Shown here in pieces: positions 12,457 through 27,960 of a DNA stretch of 64,000 bases. This stretch comes from Phoronis australis (lineage: Eukaryota > Animalia > Phoronida), in NCBI GenBank assembly GCA_002633005.1, contig NMRA01000046.1, positions 684,144-748,143 on the forward strand. The letters run 5' to 3'. Position numbers and translations under genes: made by a program. How positions within the stretch are numbered: position 1 is the first letter of the stretch; every line of letters starts with the position of its first letter. The notes beneath the pieces were generated by a model. The model was not told where the DNA came from, did not search any database, and was given only the letters and a program-made list of their open reading frames with translations.

Positions 12457-15400
12457 TTGCATAAATCTTGGAAATTTTTGCCATCAATTTTGTTGCTCGT
12501 ATGAAGTTTGCGGGCTGTGCACCATTGACACTGATTGACAAGAGACCTTCTTCATTGGCCAAAGTTCAAGTCTAGGCCTTTTTTTCCTTAATAAAGTGAA
12601 AATCCTTGACGGGGTTTTCTCAGTGCAAGAAAACACGGTAGTTGGATGTCTGGGTTTTAAGCACGACGGAGGACTGCCTACAGTGAACTTACCGTCAGCG
12701 TGTACTGAATTAACGGAAACGTACACACGTGTACATGCATGCATGTCAGTCCACCAATCCACAGTTAAAGTGGACACAAGATGAACAACACATTTGCATA
12801 TTTGACGATCACTTTCAATTCAAAATTTGAAAATGCTTGGAATTTACCGTACTACTCTAGCAATTAAACCAAAATAACAGAATAACAAATCTCAATTTTC
12901 TGCGGCATTCACACAGCATTACTTTTGGGGAGCTCTCTCGTTGCTATATAGTTTACTTAGGTCATAGGGCTCCAGTTCTTTGCCTAGGTATAGGGATTTA
13001 CTTCCAGACTCCCTTGTTACCAGATGGTGTAGCCACAACGCGCGTTCATTGCTGATGAAAAACATAAAGCTTCCTCTTATCGCCTGTACGATCCTGTCTT
13101 CTACGGCCCGATGCCACGTGAAGCGCTTTGAATCAGAAGCAAATTTCAAAACTCAGTGGCGGATCAAGGATATCATAAGGGGGTCAACATTTTGTCTCGG
13201 GTACTTGCGCAAAGCACGATTGCATGCGCGCACCCAGCCTGAACGATGGGGGGCTCGAATTTCTGAACCTTCTACTAAAACAGACGGAGGGCTAAAAAAC
13301 AGACGGAGGACTAAAAAAAAAAAAACGGGAAAACGATTGCATAGGTCGTCTGAGTCGGACACTTTCAATGGGGTCTGACATTCCCCTCAGCCGCATGTTA
13401 ATTACCGGGGTTAATTAATGAACTCAATATTTCCTCACGCTCCTGCTGCTTTATTTTTTTTTTTTTTTGGCAGCCAAGGGGGCGGGGGGCGAGCCTATGC
13501 AACTTAGTTATCATTGTAGTTAATAGTACCAGTAGCTGCAACGAGTTTGTTGTTGTTGTTCATCTATATCCTATCTTTAACGGGGTGGACCTTTTCCGGG
13601 AGGAGAGGTTCTATCGAAACACCTGAACCCGCCCCCCCCCCGGCTACGGGCCTGATATCGCCCAGCCCCCTATGGTGCACCACCCATGATTTACTGACAG
13701 TGATGTCAATGACTGTTTTAATATAATAATTATGTGAGATTGTGTGCTGGTGGACAAGGATGTTTATTTTCACTGAAGAAAAACTTACCAGAGTTGAAGC
13801 TTTTCAGTCCTCATATGTAGGGCTACGTTTTTTGGCCGAGACGACAAGGGGACAACCATCTGAGACAAAACCCTACGATAAGGTAAATGTCATAATGGTT
13901 TCCGCACTTTCATAACCTGTTCGCTGTGGCGAATACCTCATCGAGGTGAAGAGCTACGGACTCACAGTCGTCATTTCTCTCAGCCACATTAGTGAACCGC
14001 GCCCTGCTATTTGCCATAACTGAGAAATACAATTCTTGAAAACAGGCGGAAATGAAATATTAGTTGTCTAGAAATCTCTCAGTGGGAATAGACTAATATT
14101 CATATTCTATTACGGTTAGAAGATTTCACACGCAACGGATATGTACTCAAATAGTAGGAGAAAATATGTGACGTTCACAAGCGTGGAAAGGATGTTCTCC
14201 ATCAGCATCGTGTAGTTTTCCTTTTTTGGTGGCATATCTTAATGTGAATTGAATTTCTGTACAACCAAAACAGCAAAAATAGAACGATGGTTTGTTACAA
14301 ACCACGCATTAGGTCGGTAGGTAATTCCCATATTTTGACGTCGTACTATTTATTTCTTAATATGAAAATCATCTTCGTCTATTTTAAGAACAGACAATTC
14401 CCTCGTAAATAGGAAGCACAACTTGACTTGAATGTGGACAAAGTTTATGATACGAATCTGAGTTTCGTAAATTAAAGTACTTTCAGAGGAGATGAATTCC
14501 ATTCTGAGTTTGAGGAGGAGGAATGTACAATGTAATGAAGCCCCGGGGAAGGCAATAGTAATGGTGAATATTTAGTTATTCTGTTGGTTTCTTACCGCCT
14601 TCGTAAACAGTGCGCTAGTTCCATAGACAATATAAAAATAGATCATTTCACCTTCAAATAGAAAAGTAGCCGCATCTGACGTCACTCTGATGAGTGGAGA
14701 GTTCATCAATGATTATCTTTCGAGTAGATACTTGTCTTGGCAAATACGCCAATTCGGTCAACATTATTTCTTTGATGGCCATAATTTGATTACAACCGCC
14801 AAGAATGTGCTCTTGGTGTTAATTAAGTCAATGTTTTGTGCATTTTTGTTCTCAAGCACAATTTTTAAAGGTGTGACCATACGAAAAAAGGCTTGATTAG
14901 ACACAATTGCTTTAAAGACAGTGAAATCTCTGTCCAACAACAATTTGTTAATGTAAGCTACATAAAAATATTTCACAAAATTTTATTGGCTCATTTTGTC
15001 GATTAACCCTGAACAACAGGCATACAAAAATTCTTTAGCATGTATAGCTTACTAGTTAACACAGTTAATTTTTCATATATTTTATTAGGAGTGATAATTA
15101 AACGCCTAATTGTAGAGATGAATACATGGGCACTGAGTAATAAACAGAGGCGATTCTCCCGCCGGCCAGGTGGACGTCCACGCCAGCTGAGTTGGGCTCC
15201 ATTGTTCTCACACTAACACAGTGAGGATTGTCTCAAGAGTTGGAACAAGGTGTGCACGATTAAACAAGGGAGTCATTAAAGCTGGGGATTTGAAGAGAAT
15301 GGTCACTCTGACGCCAAACAAAAGGAGTTCCCGCGCTTTCACTATCGACATTCATCTGCTTTAACAAATCGACTAATTCGGGATAATCATTGCTTATTTA

Positions 15401-17137
15401 ATCACGACGTTCTTTCACAAACACGCGGACAAAAGCACAATTACGTGTTCGCCAATAACCTGCGTGTCTGTTGTTTTGTTGGAAATTTTCATTAAGTGCT
15501 CCACGAAAACGTTGAAAACTTTGTTTACGAGCACAAACAGATTTTGTCAAACACGATATTGTTAAAAGATTTACACAGAGCTCGCTGGGCCCATTCGAAA
15601 TCGCAAATGTTAAACAGGAATAAATCACATTCGCGGCAGAACATATTATAATAGAGGCAATCAATGAACTCCATCCTGTCCGTGATTTTATCATATTCAG
15701 GAATACTTACTGGTCGTATTTGAAAAAATTAAAATGGTACGTCCCCAAAACATAGACCAAAACAGCGATTTTCAAAGATGGCGATGGATATGGCTGTTGG
15801 AGAACGCTTTTTGTGCTCCATTTCGGCATGACATCCATTATGATTTTCTGCAAGACATTTAAACACGTCATGAATCACTCAGTCATCGTTCGCGAATTCT
15901 CTTTGTGCACAAGAACTTGTTTTTCTCAGAAACTAATGTTCATGTCAATTTTGAGCTGATGAATGAATAAACACAAGGATAAACACAATATCAATTAGTA
16001 AGCCTTGGTCTAAGGAAACGTTATAATACTTCGAGTCGATATCTATTTATAAGCCACAAATGCACCCACATACGATTTACAAATGATTTGGATGACGTGA
16101 GTCAGTGCGGAAGTCTGGAACGTTCCTTGAAGCATTTCTTATGTTTTCTATTGTTAACATTTCTTCAAGCCCACGACCCTGATTGAGCCTACATGTCGTT
16201 TATTGTAAAGGAATTTTACCTGATAGTGGATCACATATGTGTTTTGTTATTGTCACAACGATGTTAAAACTGTAAACGTAACTGAATGCGACGACACATC
16301 AACTGAATGCGACGATCACAACACATCAAGACAACTCACAAGTTTTTAAAGCTGCTTTTCACCCCGCAAGTTAATGATGACGCTCTGGGGTTAAAAAGCA
16401 TCACTACGCTAATCCGATCTTGAATTGTTGCCAATTGAACCGGCGACCGCAGGTCACGTACACGTGCCATCTTGCAATTTGTATTTTTTGGGTAGGCCAT
16501 TCCCTTGAAACTCTGGGGCATATCAAACCTGATTTGTCGTATTAACAGATATTAACAAGTAAAAACGCCATTCCCGTCCAATGCCCTCAAACAAAATAAT
16601 GCTCTATGACCGAGTATGCTATGACCTTCGACAACCCTCAAAAGACTGGAGGAAAATTTGAGAACTCCTTTCCAAGTCTGCGAAATGGCCAAGCGTGACG
16701 TACGCTTTTAGCGAATTGCACGGCAACTATGGAGAAAGACCACACACCAAAAATCATAATACCCAATCTGTGATCTGATGGTTCCTGCTTTTATCTTTCA
16801 AGATTGTCGACAATGATGCATTAACAGGTGACAAAACGAGAATTGGCTAAAATCATCAAAACAGGGTTTAGTATCCTTTTGAGTAGCTCATGGTTTCGAT
16901 GTTTTTTGGTAACCGAAATGGAACGCTATCAAGGGAAGGAAAGTTTGAGGCCGATTTTATGAGAGTAAATAACCTAATCCTGTTTCCGTTTTAGCCAACT
17001 AACAGGACGATATGCAGCTTTACAATTCTCAAAAAAATATTTTCCACGGTTTTCACCCAGTATTATATTTGTCGATTTCCGTGTGTTCACGTATTCACTT
17101 CACTTGTATTCGTTTTCAAGTAATAGGAGTACCTTAA

Positions 17138-17233
17138 AGGGACATCAGCGACGAGAAAAGTGACTATCAGCCTCATCGCGGAATCCAATCGGCATATCAC
17201 GTGATCACGGTGTGCTGGCGGAACTGATCCCCT
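17138..17233. mobile_element. Short TTAA-flanked element (Kolobok-like)
   Basis: ttaa|agggacatcag ... ctgatcccct|ttaa. Confidence 0.55.
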
Positions 17234-19474
17234 TTAATAAGTACCACAGCTTCAGCGCGGAATCGAACAACGTAACACCCTATTAGCGAAGCTAAATCAC
17301 TCGATTTTAAACGCATATGAATGGTAAGGACGCGGGCCTTGATATCAATGAGTGCTTGACAACGGTGAAAATTGATGATTAATTGTAAACAAAATCACAA
17401 AATTCAACGGATTCCGTTGTTTTCATGCTCTGGTCAAACCTAGTAACTTGAAGAAGTCTAACTCATCCAACAATAATGTTTAAAATGTCAATTAAAAAGC
17501 TTGTCGCTATCTCATAAACAGTTAACTTCATTCCAGAATATGTTTTTCACGGGAAAAAGCTGCTGAAGGGGATCGGGGCCTAACCTCTGTACTCGCAACT
17601 CAACTGGAAAATTGGACAATGGTTGACACACTTCGAGTAAACTTACAACTTTGTGCTCATATGATATCAATTGATTGGTTAAGTTTGGTGCGAGTCTTGA
17701 ACTCGGGAGATTACATCCCAGGTCTTACTAAATTTGCAGAATGTACACAAACAAGTACTAAATAATATACAAATGACCTTGGAATGCTCGGAATCACTTC
17801 TCATTCAAGATTGTTTTCTTTATCTCGTTCCTTTACCTATCAGAGAAATCCTGGTTTATACAATTTTTTGTGCTTTTTAATTCTCTCAGTCTCACGTTGA
17901 CAAAATAGAAATCATTCATAAATTATAGTTCAGCACGTGTTTGCGTTTTTATATTTGCGGTTTTGTTATTGAAGTGGACGAGCAATCTTGTAACGGGGAA
18001 ATTTACAGACAGCAAAAAATTGTCCCTAACTACTTTGTTAAGTTTTGACGTTGCTGGCACTTTGTTCTCAATTAAATCGGTTTGGTTTGGATCGTTTTAT
18101 GGGAATTTGACCGAAAACTAACTCAAAACAGCATGAAAATTCTGCTTAGTGGCGTTCATTGTACTCCACTAGTGTCCGTGGCTCATCGATTGGTCTGGAA
18201 CCAAACTGTCGAGTAATTGAACGACTAGCCTACATGGCCGTGCACAAGTTTCCTATGTTTTTACAGCACTGTTACACCTACGCAAGGTAATTTTGTTGTT
18301 ATGAGTTATGAGTGATTGTTCTGCAATACAAAAGTCTTACGTAAGTTAGCAGGCACCTACAATGAGACATTATCTAAGCTCTAAAATATGACGCAGTTTA
18401 ATGACGTAATGCGATGCCATACCAAACTGGTAAATAGAGCCTAAATATGTTGAATACGTCAGCTTGCTTTTGGAAGTGTTTGGTACTGACAGTTATTAAT
18501 GAATAAGCTGTTCAACACTCCAATGCCCGTCTACGATTGAAAGAACATTGGTTGCTGAGAAAAATAAGCTGCCACTGAAATTACGTAAGGGAGTTGAGGT
18601 CGAGTTCAAGCCAATGCCTAGTTATTTTGGTGATGATCATTAGAGTACATCGTAAAAAGCCAATACATTATTAGCGCATGATGTAAACAAGGAAAAAAAA
18701 TTTCCAGCATGACTTCAATATCGACAATTTTAAGCACATTGTGAAGGACATCGGAAATTTAGAGATCTATCAAACCTACTTATTTAAGAAACGTTTCATT
18801 GCGATACATTGAACCCAAAACAGAAGGTACTTCTGTCGGTTTGGTTTGATAATTAGTCACAGGATTCAGTTATAAATGCAAGTTGTCTTGCATCACTTCT
18901 GTTTACACTTTTGTTGCTTGGTCGGATTAATTTGTAATACAAATATAACGGTTATTTACACCTTTCTATTGTCTACAGCATTCAAAACATGCATCAAAAT
19001 TTTGGTGTCAGTCGTTGCTTCAGCATTTCTGTTGTAGGCTGTTGACCATACAGTTAGAGTTAGAATGACGTCACTAAGCGTCTGGTAAATAAACCACAAG
19101 TGCCAGTGACCGCCTCGTGCCCTGACCACTGAATGTCAACAACTCGGCCAATGGTTTCCTCAACAAGCGTGAAAACATCTCAACGGGAGCATGTTGATAT
19201 ACCGATATCACACGAAACTGCGCACAAGTATTGGTGAAATTTTTTATTTAAGTGTCTATTTCGAGTTACCACGGCATTAAACTGAACACATTATTGTCCG
19301 GTGTTACCGACATTGTTAAATTAAAAAAAGAAGTTAATCTTGTAATGTTCGTATAAATCTCAGGTACAACCTGAGGCTAAAAATATGCAACTCAAAAAAT
19401 ATTTAACTGCGATTTGGCATGATTTCATGTGAATCCCTGTCGCAACCTTCATTAACTGACATTCAGTTTTGTGT

Positions 19475-19475
<1 letters not shown>

Positions 19476-19523
<48 letters not shown>
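19476..19523. repeat. (CAAT)12 microsatellite
   Basis: Direct reading. Confidence 0.95.
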
Positions 19524-19525
<2 letters not shown>

Positions 19526-19907
19526 TCATTTATTTTAGTGACCAGTAACAATTGCTACCCAGCCACAACTTGGGCTTATAAGTCACCATTTCTAAAGAGA
19601 ACGCACAAAAAATAAAATGCAATGTATTTTGTGTCGTGACTATGTGCATACGCAACCTCAGGTAAAAGTTGACGAAAATGAAAGTGGACCGAAGGAAGTG
19701 AGTTATCGGGGGGTTATCGATATGCCATATTTCCACTTACATCGACCGCAGTAGAGTGACTTTTCGTCTTCGAGAACGATTCTATTCTCGCAATAGCATA
19801 AGATCAACACTTCTATTGACCTCTTAATTGATTTAGCCAATAATTTATTGTGAAAAAATGCCACCCTATTAGTAAAAGCTTATCGTTTCATTTATCTTTG
19901 GAGGTTA

Positions 19908-20168
19908 CCGAAAAAATTCTAATTGAAGCCGGATTTTCAATAAAAGCCGGCCTGTAATAGAAGACGAGTAGTAGATTCTGAAATTATGATTAACGCTTAG
20001 TCCCCAATACTTCTGAGGACATTTATGACCTTGGAGCGGATGATAGCCAAAGCAACTTTTTATTCACCGGATTTCTAATAAAATTCCCGGCTTTAAAAAA
20101 GTGAAGGGCCAGCTCTGCATCACCTCGGGAAATAACAAACGCCCGTGGTTCTATTAGTAGTTTCACGG
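19908..20168. mobile_element. TA-flanked MITE (Tc1/mariner-pogo/Tigger-like)
   Basis: ta|ccgaaaaaattctaat ... attagtagtttcacgg|ta. Confidence 0.55.
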
Positions 20169-20785
20169 TAATTCTATTCAAGAAGCAGTCAAACAAGGGA
20201 ATAATGCATTATGGTTTAATTGTTCGATGGAAATCTTGTTCCGCCTCTAAATTTGTGGTCTAACCTGTTTTAGTATTTTAACTATTGGTTTAAACCAAGG
20301 TTTCTTCAATTTCTGCTTAGCAGATTATAATTATTCTAATGCACTATTGCAACTTCAAGTGTTATTTATTGGCGAAATTAGCTATATATTGTTCGGTCTG
20401 ATCATTTATTTGAAGATGGTATTTGACTAATATCGAAACGTCGTTTACATGCTGCATGACTCGAGCGTCGTTTTTTGAATTTCACTTTTGGGACTGTCGC
20501 AATCTGTTGGAATAAAAAACTATTAGGCTGTTAACTGCCGACTTGACATAGAGTATATATAAAAACAAATTTTATTTTTCGATATCTGTTATGAGACTGA
20601 GCTGGACTAACCATTCACCAACATTCATTGCTTATCAACAACCTTTTTGTTATCACCCACATACATGTACCTCCTGTTTTACATGTTATAGTGTTGTATT
20701 GTATTCGACTGAGCCATATGGTACTTTGAGAACTATTGGTATATTAAAAGTTCTCGTTTTTGGCCAAATTAGCATAAGAAAACAT

Positions 20786-21114
20786 GCGCTTTAGCGGTCG
20801 ATGTTATATTTAAAATACTATACACAAGGTTTAGACGTTTCGTTACTTTGCTCAGAACATCATCAGTGAAAACACACCCCTAAAACTTGAACACTGCAGA
20901 GCGATCAAATAGTACTTCCACAAAGTTACAACTCTGGCCGTGAAATTCGCCCATTTTCTGTTTCATGTCTCCTTTTCATTTTCTGACAGTGTTTGATTGT
21001 TCTGCAGTGTTCACCTTTTAGTGTTTGGTTTTCATTGATGGAGTTCCATTCCAAGCAAAATAATGACCTCTGTACCTTATGGTATTGTAAATATGACGTC
21101 GTTCGCTAAAGCGC
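20786..21114. mobile_element. Foldback (long imperfect palindrome) MITE
   Basis: gcgctttagcg...tgaacactgcaga mirrored by tctgcagtgttca...cgctaaagcgc. Confidence 0.65.
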
Positions 21115-22667
21115 TTATTTGTATTCTTCTGTTGCTATACGTATATGAGCTACGCAAATTGTGTTTTTGCGTCCGTCACGGTGTTTTACAGTCCGTTAGC
21201 CGTGCAGTTTTGTACTTTGTTCCCTGGTAACCAATGTTCTCACTCAAGAGGTTACCCTCTTTTTCAACATAACAAGTAGTGGAGTCCGGAAAATGGTAGT
21301 TCGCCTTTTGCCGATTTACAATACTTTTCACGTAATATGCTAGTGATGACAATGTCGAATAATCAAAGATCATTCATCTGCTGATTTTGTCTGACTTTCC
21401 AAGAAATGCGAGGTTGAATAATAGAATACCCCTATCACAGTCAGGAAGATGGTAACTAAAGATTCACATTTACTGTTTTCTGTTCACAAATTGATGAGAC
21501 CGAATTTCAAGGAAACTAAAGCCTATTGCCTTTCACAGATGGAATATCATTTAGCTATTGCTATATTTCACTGTTTTCGTCAACTATAAGAATTTTTTGT
21601 TAGTAAGTAATCTTAGAACAGGTAACACTTGTCCATTTAGTAGGGAATTGCTGCAATGTCGGAATGCAGTACGCTACTTCAGTTTAATAAAGCGAAATAA
21701 TAAAGATGATTAGTTGGACTTTTTATGTAATCTGTTAGTTCAACTGTCGTAAATACCCAACGTTTGTTGTGCGTTCACTCTTTGTCTCTTCAAATCTTCA
21801 TTCGCTTTGTGTATGCTCAATTGTATAATAACAGTTACTCAGAGCTAACTAATTTACGCTTCACATTTGGAGCGTTGTGAAGTGACAGATGTCGCGAAGG
21901 GATTCCATACAAAGAGGTCTTCTTGAGTTACGAACAACATGTGTGTATTATTGAGAGATTAAGTTTATCTTTGTTATTCTCTCGTTGTCGGCAAAAGTGT
22001 TTGTCCAACACGATGAAAATGACCATTACGGGAGAGTATGTGTCAATATGAGATTAATTTACTTAAATGTTGGGTTATACTTTAAAATGTATTTCAGGAC
22101 AGGATTTTCTGGTACTGACTTCACTATGGCTTCAATTGTTCATGCTCTTGATTAATGACAAAACACGAAGTAGCATTAATTTATTCTAGATCCATACGCT
22201 GATACCATCAAGGAAATCTAGGATAAACTGTTCCCAGGTGGTTGCGTCAGATGACAGAACGAACGCGAAAGATGACGAGTCATCGGCACCGTCGTTGAGG
22301 GCTCGAATCCCTGGTTCAAATTAGCCGTCAGATCAAACTGAACTCGACTCTTCTGCATCAGCTAAAGCGGCATTAAATCAGGGCTTTCTGTCATTTTTAT
22401 TCAGATGTTCTGAAACTGACTTTGTCCTTTCTTTGCTCAGTTTACAAGTGATCTCAGTTCTCGCCACATTCGAGATCACAGCGTGACGACAAATGTTACG
22501 AGCTTGATCTGAAAAAATAATGAACCGCCAGTGCTTTTTAAGCCCACAACGCACTTCCGTTTTCCTCAACAATTTCATAAATGTAAGTGGCGCAAATCAA
22601 GATTTGTTTTTTGACAAACGGGTTTTAAGGCCACTTTAATGTCATGAGAATGATTTGCGTCGATGAC

Positions 22668-22799
22668 TAGCATGTCCCATTTAGAAACGAGTGAGATGAG
22701 CCAACGAACACATTCACTAGGTATGATGATACATAGCATGTCCCATTTAGAGACCAGTGAGATGAGCCAACGAATACATTCACTAGGTATTATGTTACG
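22668..22799. repeat. 66-bp tandem duplication (2 copies)
   Basis: tagcatgtcccatttaga...cattcactaggtat at 22668 and 22734. Confidence 0.9.
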
Positions 22800-23458
22800 A
22801 GAAAAGCTTTGTGAACAAGTGCTACTGTATATGAACGTCCTTTGGTCCACGCGCCCGCAGGTGAAGCTGCGCCTATATGCGGACTGAGCTCATACGTCTA
22901 CACGTGAAACAAATACTTCGAATACAGTAAAAAGGATTTCAGCTTTTACGGTATTTCGGCAAAATATGAACTGGAATACTCAACCACACCCATCTTTAAC
23001 TAGCGACTGGTGTAAAATAACTTAGATCCACAAACAACCTGAGATTCAAAACATTGGCAAACAAGAAAAGTGTCACAATGCCATCAATAGTCTCTGACAG
23101 CCTATTCAGTTTGGACCGTCTGTCACAGGTGGTCTAGTCTTATTGATTTTGAGAACAGAATCATTATGCTATCATGGTAAGTAAACACCAGTCTATTAGA
23201 GTTAACCAGTCCATTTCATGATTTCCATGCTCAGACTGCAAGAAAGAAGGAAATGTCCTGTTTAACCATTACACATAACTATATTGTTTTTGGAACCATG
23301 TCTCGCCGCTGAGACTTTTCTTCTTGTCAATAAAACTATCAATTATTGAATCTCGATTGAAAATTTCAACAAAAACAATCCATGTGTTACTTTCTTTCGT
23401 TGTGCTGATCGGTCTTATATTTATAAAACACTGATGGTAAGTTACTAAATAAGCTCGT

Positions 23459-23615
23459 CAGGGTAGTATCCACGGTTTCTAAAAGGGGGTCGGGTCAAGG
23501 ATTTTTTAAAAGGGGTAGCCAAGTCAACAATTTGAAAATTCTAGATTTGATATCACTAAAATCAAGGGAAAAGAGGGAGTTTGGACCCCTTTTACCCCCG
23601 CTGGATTTGCCTATG
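23459..23615. mobile_element. MITE, degenerate, 5-bp TSD (ctcgt/ctagt)
   Basis: cagggtagtatcc ... ggatttgcctatg with G/C runs; near-identical 5-bp flanks. Confidence 0.5.
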
Positions 23616-25857
23616 CTAGTGGAGGTTCATTCTCCGGTTTGGTTGTATGCCGTAGGCCCATCATTGAGAGCCAGCACAGACCACGTGAGCTGGTCTCATC
23701 CAGTCACAGCATCCGTTTGTATGTACTTCAGATCGAGGTCTATGCCTGTTGAGTGCAATTTGTTCGCATTAAATATCCACGTTATTTTGTCCTGATAATA
23801 GCTACCGTTTAATCCTGGTCCCGCCCATTTCAGCCCACTGATAAAAATCAAATTAGCACACAATCGTCGGGCGTGATAATAAATAGTTTTACAAATCTCT
23901 ACGCACGCAAATGCTGAATGATCAAGATAAAGTCCACTGCCTAGGGACACTTATTAACCATTTATTTGAACATCGAAAATATGCTGAATTTGCTAACCCA
24001 GTTTATATATTATGCTGAAAATAATGGTTTATCATTACCAATTTCAAAGTCTATTTTTGTTTCATGGGAAAAGCTAGGGAATGTATTTAATGCAACACAT
24101 GAGGACAGCGTTAGACTATTTTTATCAACACGTTTTTTGTTCTGGTCCAGTTCCCGCTGGGATGTTAATGGGCCAGACCCGTAAACAATAAAGATGTGTC
24201 AACTTTGTGATCATTGCACCACTTCCCTTACCCCATCCCTCGCCCTCTCAGGAGTTAGGCAAGACGTAGCCCCTCGATTGGCCATTTAGGGGCTACAATA
24301 CTTCCATTCGCTTTCTGTACGCATTTCGTTACATGTATTTTAAACGGGCCAAATCCGGCCACCGATTTTGAGTTTTCACCTCGTCAAAAATACATTTCAC
24401 ACTTAAAACTATCATTTAAAAAACCGCTTACTTTCATCGTTGGTCCTTTCTACTTCTATGCATATCTTCGATGAAGTTTAGTTGTAAGAATTAAGGTGAC
24501 TTTGGCGAAGAATTCCTACTCCACTTGTTGGTTGCCGTTAACTTTTTCACCATGCGCGCGATAACCATAAAAGTATGTCAACTGTGTCACGTGAGTTAAG
24601 CAAAGCTAGCGCGAGACTGAGCGGAGCTCGTTACGCTATCGAGTGACACTTGCAAAATAGCATGAGAAGGTATTAGGTGAAATTTGTAAGTTTTGTGTTA
24701 TTTGGACTTTTTATTCGTCAACATGCGTGATTTCACGTAACTTTCTCAAAATGGCACCCGGTAAGAGAAACTCGAGCAAACCGCGACCGATTTTCATCGA
24801 TTTGTTCAAATTATCTCGACTGAATCGTCCCCAGACTTATGGTATGAGTTGTTTATAACTCCATGTGCATATATGCATGTTTCATTTGATTTTATTTCCA
24901 GTATTTTGAAATGAGTAACTTTTTGTGGGGATGTAGGCCTACTATCGCCCCTGTATGCCTGCGGCATCCAGGGCGATGTAATTACCTACTCAGGAGTCAG
25001 TGATAATTTTCTCGCCAACTGTAAATCCCTTCTTGATAGAGTTCCTATCACGAATTTAAACGAGGACCACAAACGTCGGTGATGGTTTACGTTCACTCGT
25101 ATTGCACCCTCTTGGCCACAGCTCGTGTACACCCGTCGTGTTGTACACTTTCTAAGCTACTATCTTTTATATTAAGCAATATTGTGAGATTGCTCAGGGC
25201 AACAAAATGCTAGGTAAGCCGTGGACACGTTTATATGAATGTATTTGTTTGTGTTTTCATGGACATGGCTTCACTTGAATCATGATCGCAAATCGTTCAA
25301 CACACAAGACTTGTGTTTAAAATGAGACAATAAGTAACAATGAAGCATAAATAAAGTCGACAAAATTGAACAAAATTACACAATTTTTATCCCAGACACT
25401 TAAAAGGTATTCGGAGCTTTTTATCACTTTCGCTTTTGTTTTCATAAAAATCTGGGAGTCCAATGCCCTGCACATTCAGTCTTGAACCATGCGACCCCCA
25501 GATAACGTGTAGCTTTATAGTTCAGGTATGATATCCAAAAAGTGCAGTTCTTTGATATTAGTAACCCTCAAAATTTGCATTTAATTTAGCAATTATAATC
25601 ACCTGGTTATCGAGTGGTTCAAATCTGATTTGGTGATATCAGAAAGCGAGGTTGCTGTGTATGTGAATCATACCATTCGAATTTTTTATTTTGATACTCA
25701 GAAGGAAGCCAATTGGTCAATTAGCCAAACACTGAAAATTTATAAATGCTTCCAAAAATCATATTAGATCTATGCTTAAAATCATTCAAAAGTAAGCATG
25801 AAAGTCAAATTATTTCAGGAAGACTAGAAAGAATACAAACCCACCCGTCCGTTTAGT

Positions 25858-25928
25858 CGTGGGCGGCGCACCACAAGGGGACTGGGGGGCTTTAGCCCCC
25901 TCTTTTTTTCAGTGCTGCGCCGCCCATG
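25858..25928. mobile_element. Tiny MITE (CATGGGCGGCGC family), 5-bp TSD (ttagt/ttggt)
   Basis: cgtgggcggcgca...tgcgccgcccatg TIR; homologous to 27627-27703 and 49941-50085. Confidence 0.72.
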
Positions 25929-27626
25929 TTGGTAAGACCCTAGGCAAGCTCGAAGCAACAGGAAATGATCAAGTCATCTAGCGCAACAGGTCAGTGGTTG
26001 ATTTCGTTGCTTATTTTGTGGGACTTGATCTTCAAACGTGTTTCTGTTGTTCTTCATATTGTCTCACATACTCAGGAGAGTAGACCTCTTCACTTATACG
26101 CCAGCGTCCTCGACCATGACTGCAGAAGAAGCAGCTGACGAAGTCACTGTCTCGATTTCAATATTAATTCTACCGTGGGAATTTTCGAATTGACTGGAAG
26201 CCGTTGTCGGGAATTGGCGACTTCTAATAAAATCACAACAAACAACCAAATTTGTTGTTTTATAGCGGTGTTCAAAACTAATATCTCCACGAGGCCTACC
26301 CTACCCAACAATAACCTCAGAAAATGCTTTTTTCGGTCCTAAAAGCGGTTGTGTTCCTTAACGAGTAGCAATGCAATAACAATTTAACTAATGAGCAGCT
26401 TATTTCCAGCCGTGCTAATAGCAGATATAATGAATCGTCGGATGCTAAATACCTCTCGCTACAAAGCGTCACTGAATCCAAGAATTGAAAAATATCCCAG
26501 GCGCGCCATGCGCTCTCAACATGACTTCCTTTCACCGCCCTAACACTGTAATATGACGTATTTAATAGATTGCAATGGCAAGATTTGTTCAGCGACAGCA
26601 CTCCGACATCGTGCAGAGGTTGCTTTTGTTGTTTTTCACAAAACAAACCGTGGCTGAGTGATAGCACTACATTTGTAAAATACACAAGACAGCATTTTGA
26701 TCATCGGCAAAAAATGAATATTGATACCACTTTCACAATCTGTTGTTATTTAATAATGTTTTCTCCAAACTTTTTGTTGGTCCTTCTTGTGTACTTGCTA
26801 TGGTGTGACTTGGGAATGCTTCTTGCCCACCTACGCATAGCATTCGTTCAGGGTACATTTCGAAAGAATCATTTTTTTTTTCAAAACGATTTCATAACGC
26901 GCTAAATGCCGTTTTACATCTTTGTTGTATTCTATCTCGGGGAAATAAAAAGTTGTGACGTTGTTTCGATACATTCCTTGTCTTGAGATGATTAACCAAT
27001 TGGCGCAATATTGACAAATAATACATAACCAGTCAAATATTCAACACCGGCAAATAATCATTTGATTTGTTACAATTCTCCTGAAAGTTGTTTTTATTTT
27101 TCTCCTTTTATGTTGTTTTAATACTTCAAAAGGCATAAATCCGCACTTTCTGTCAAAATTCAAGTTTTGATTTAGACCACTTACCGTAATTAAATTAATC
27201 TTGGTTTATTCCTTACTCAGAGAAGTGATCTCTGGCTTCGGCAACAACTGACAGCGCATTATTTGTTCAGACAAAGCTAATCAAATTTCAGGTCACGTTG
27301 TGATCTGACCTTTCATGGGTTTGGTTTCGGCTAATAACGAACTGTCTTTCGAAGATGTGGAATCACCTCTAGTTTGACTAAGAAAATTTTAGGGAATAAA
27401 ATTAATCATCATAGTAAGTGGCCTAAATCAGAACTTGGTGTTTTAACAGAAAGCATGGAATCATAAACTTTGGAGATGAGTTGTTTGCTTTAAAAAATTC
27501 AATGTATTAATAGTTTATAGACGTATTCATCCATGCTTCACAAAGAACAAAACTGCACAGAGGAGAAAACCGTCCGCCCATCAGAATTATTGACTATTTT
27601 ATAGTTTGTGAGTAGCAAACCTGTCT

Positions 27627-27703
27627 CATGGGGGGGCGCACCATAGGGGTCTGGGGGAGGGGGGCTATAGCCCCCAACTCATTTCAGTGCTGCGCCGCCG
27701 ATG
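27627..27703. mobile_element. Tiny MITE (CATGGGCGGCGC family), 5-bp TSD (tgtct)
   Basis: tgtct|catggggggggcgca...tgcgccgccgatg|tgtct. Confidence 0.75.
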
Positions 27704-27960
27704 TGTCTGGGTGTCACTTAGTTACTTCGTGACCATCCATGACACATAAGTATCATGAGATCGACATGCAATGAAGGGAACGGGGGAGAATATAACTTGC
27801 TACGATGACAGTTTCAGTTTTCGCTAATTGATTTGGGCATTATTTTTCGTACTTTTCCAAGAATTGTTGATTATGCATCAGTTTTTTTCAGGTCAGCACG
27901 TTACTGTGAATTATATCCTAGCTTCCCTACTCTGACGGCGATCGAAGAGTAACGGGTAAA

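Noticed and set aside
10000-27500. Possible hidden gene in the ~17-kb intergenic region
   Set aside because: No frame-consistent exon chain or known domain found by eye; dominated by MITE fragments. Non-coding RNA or UTR exons cannot be excluded
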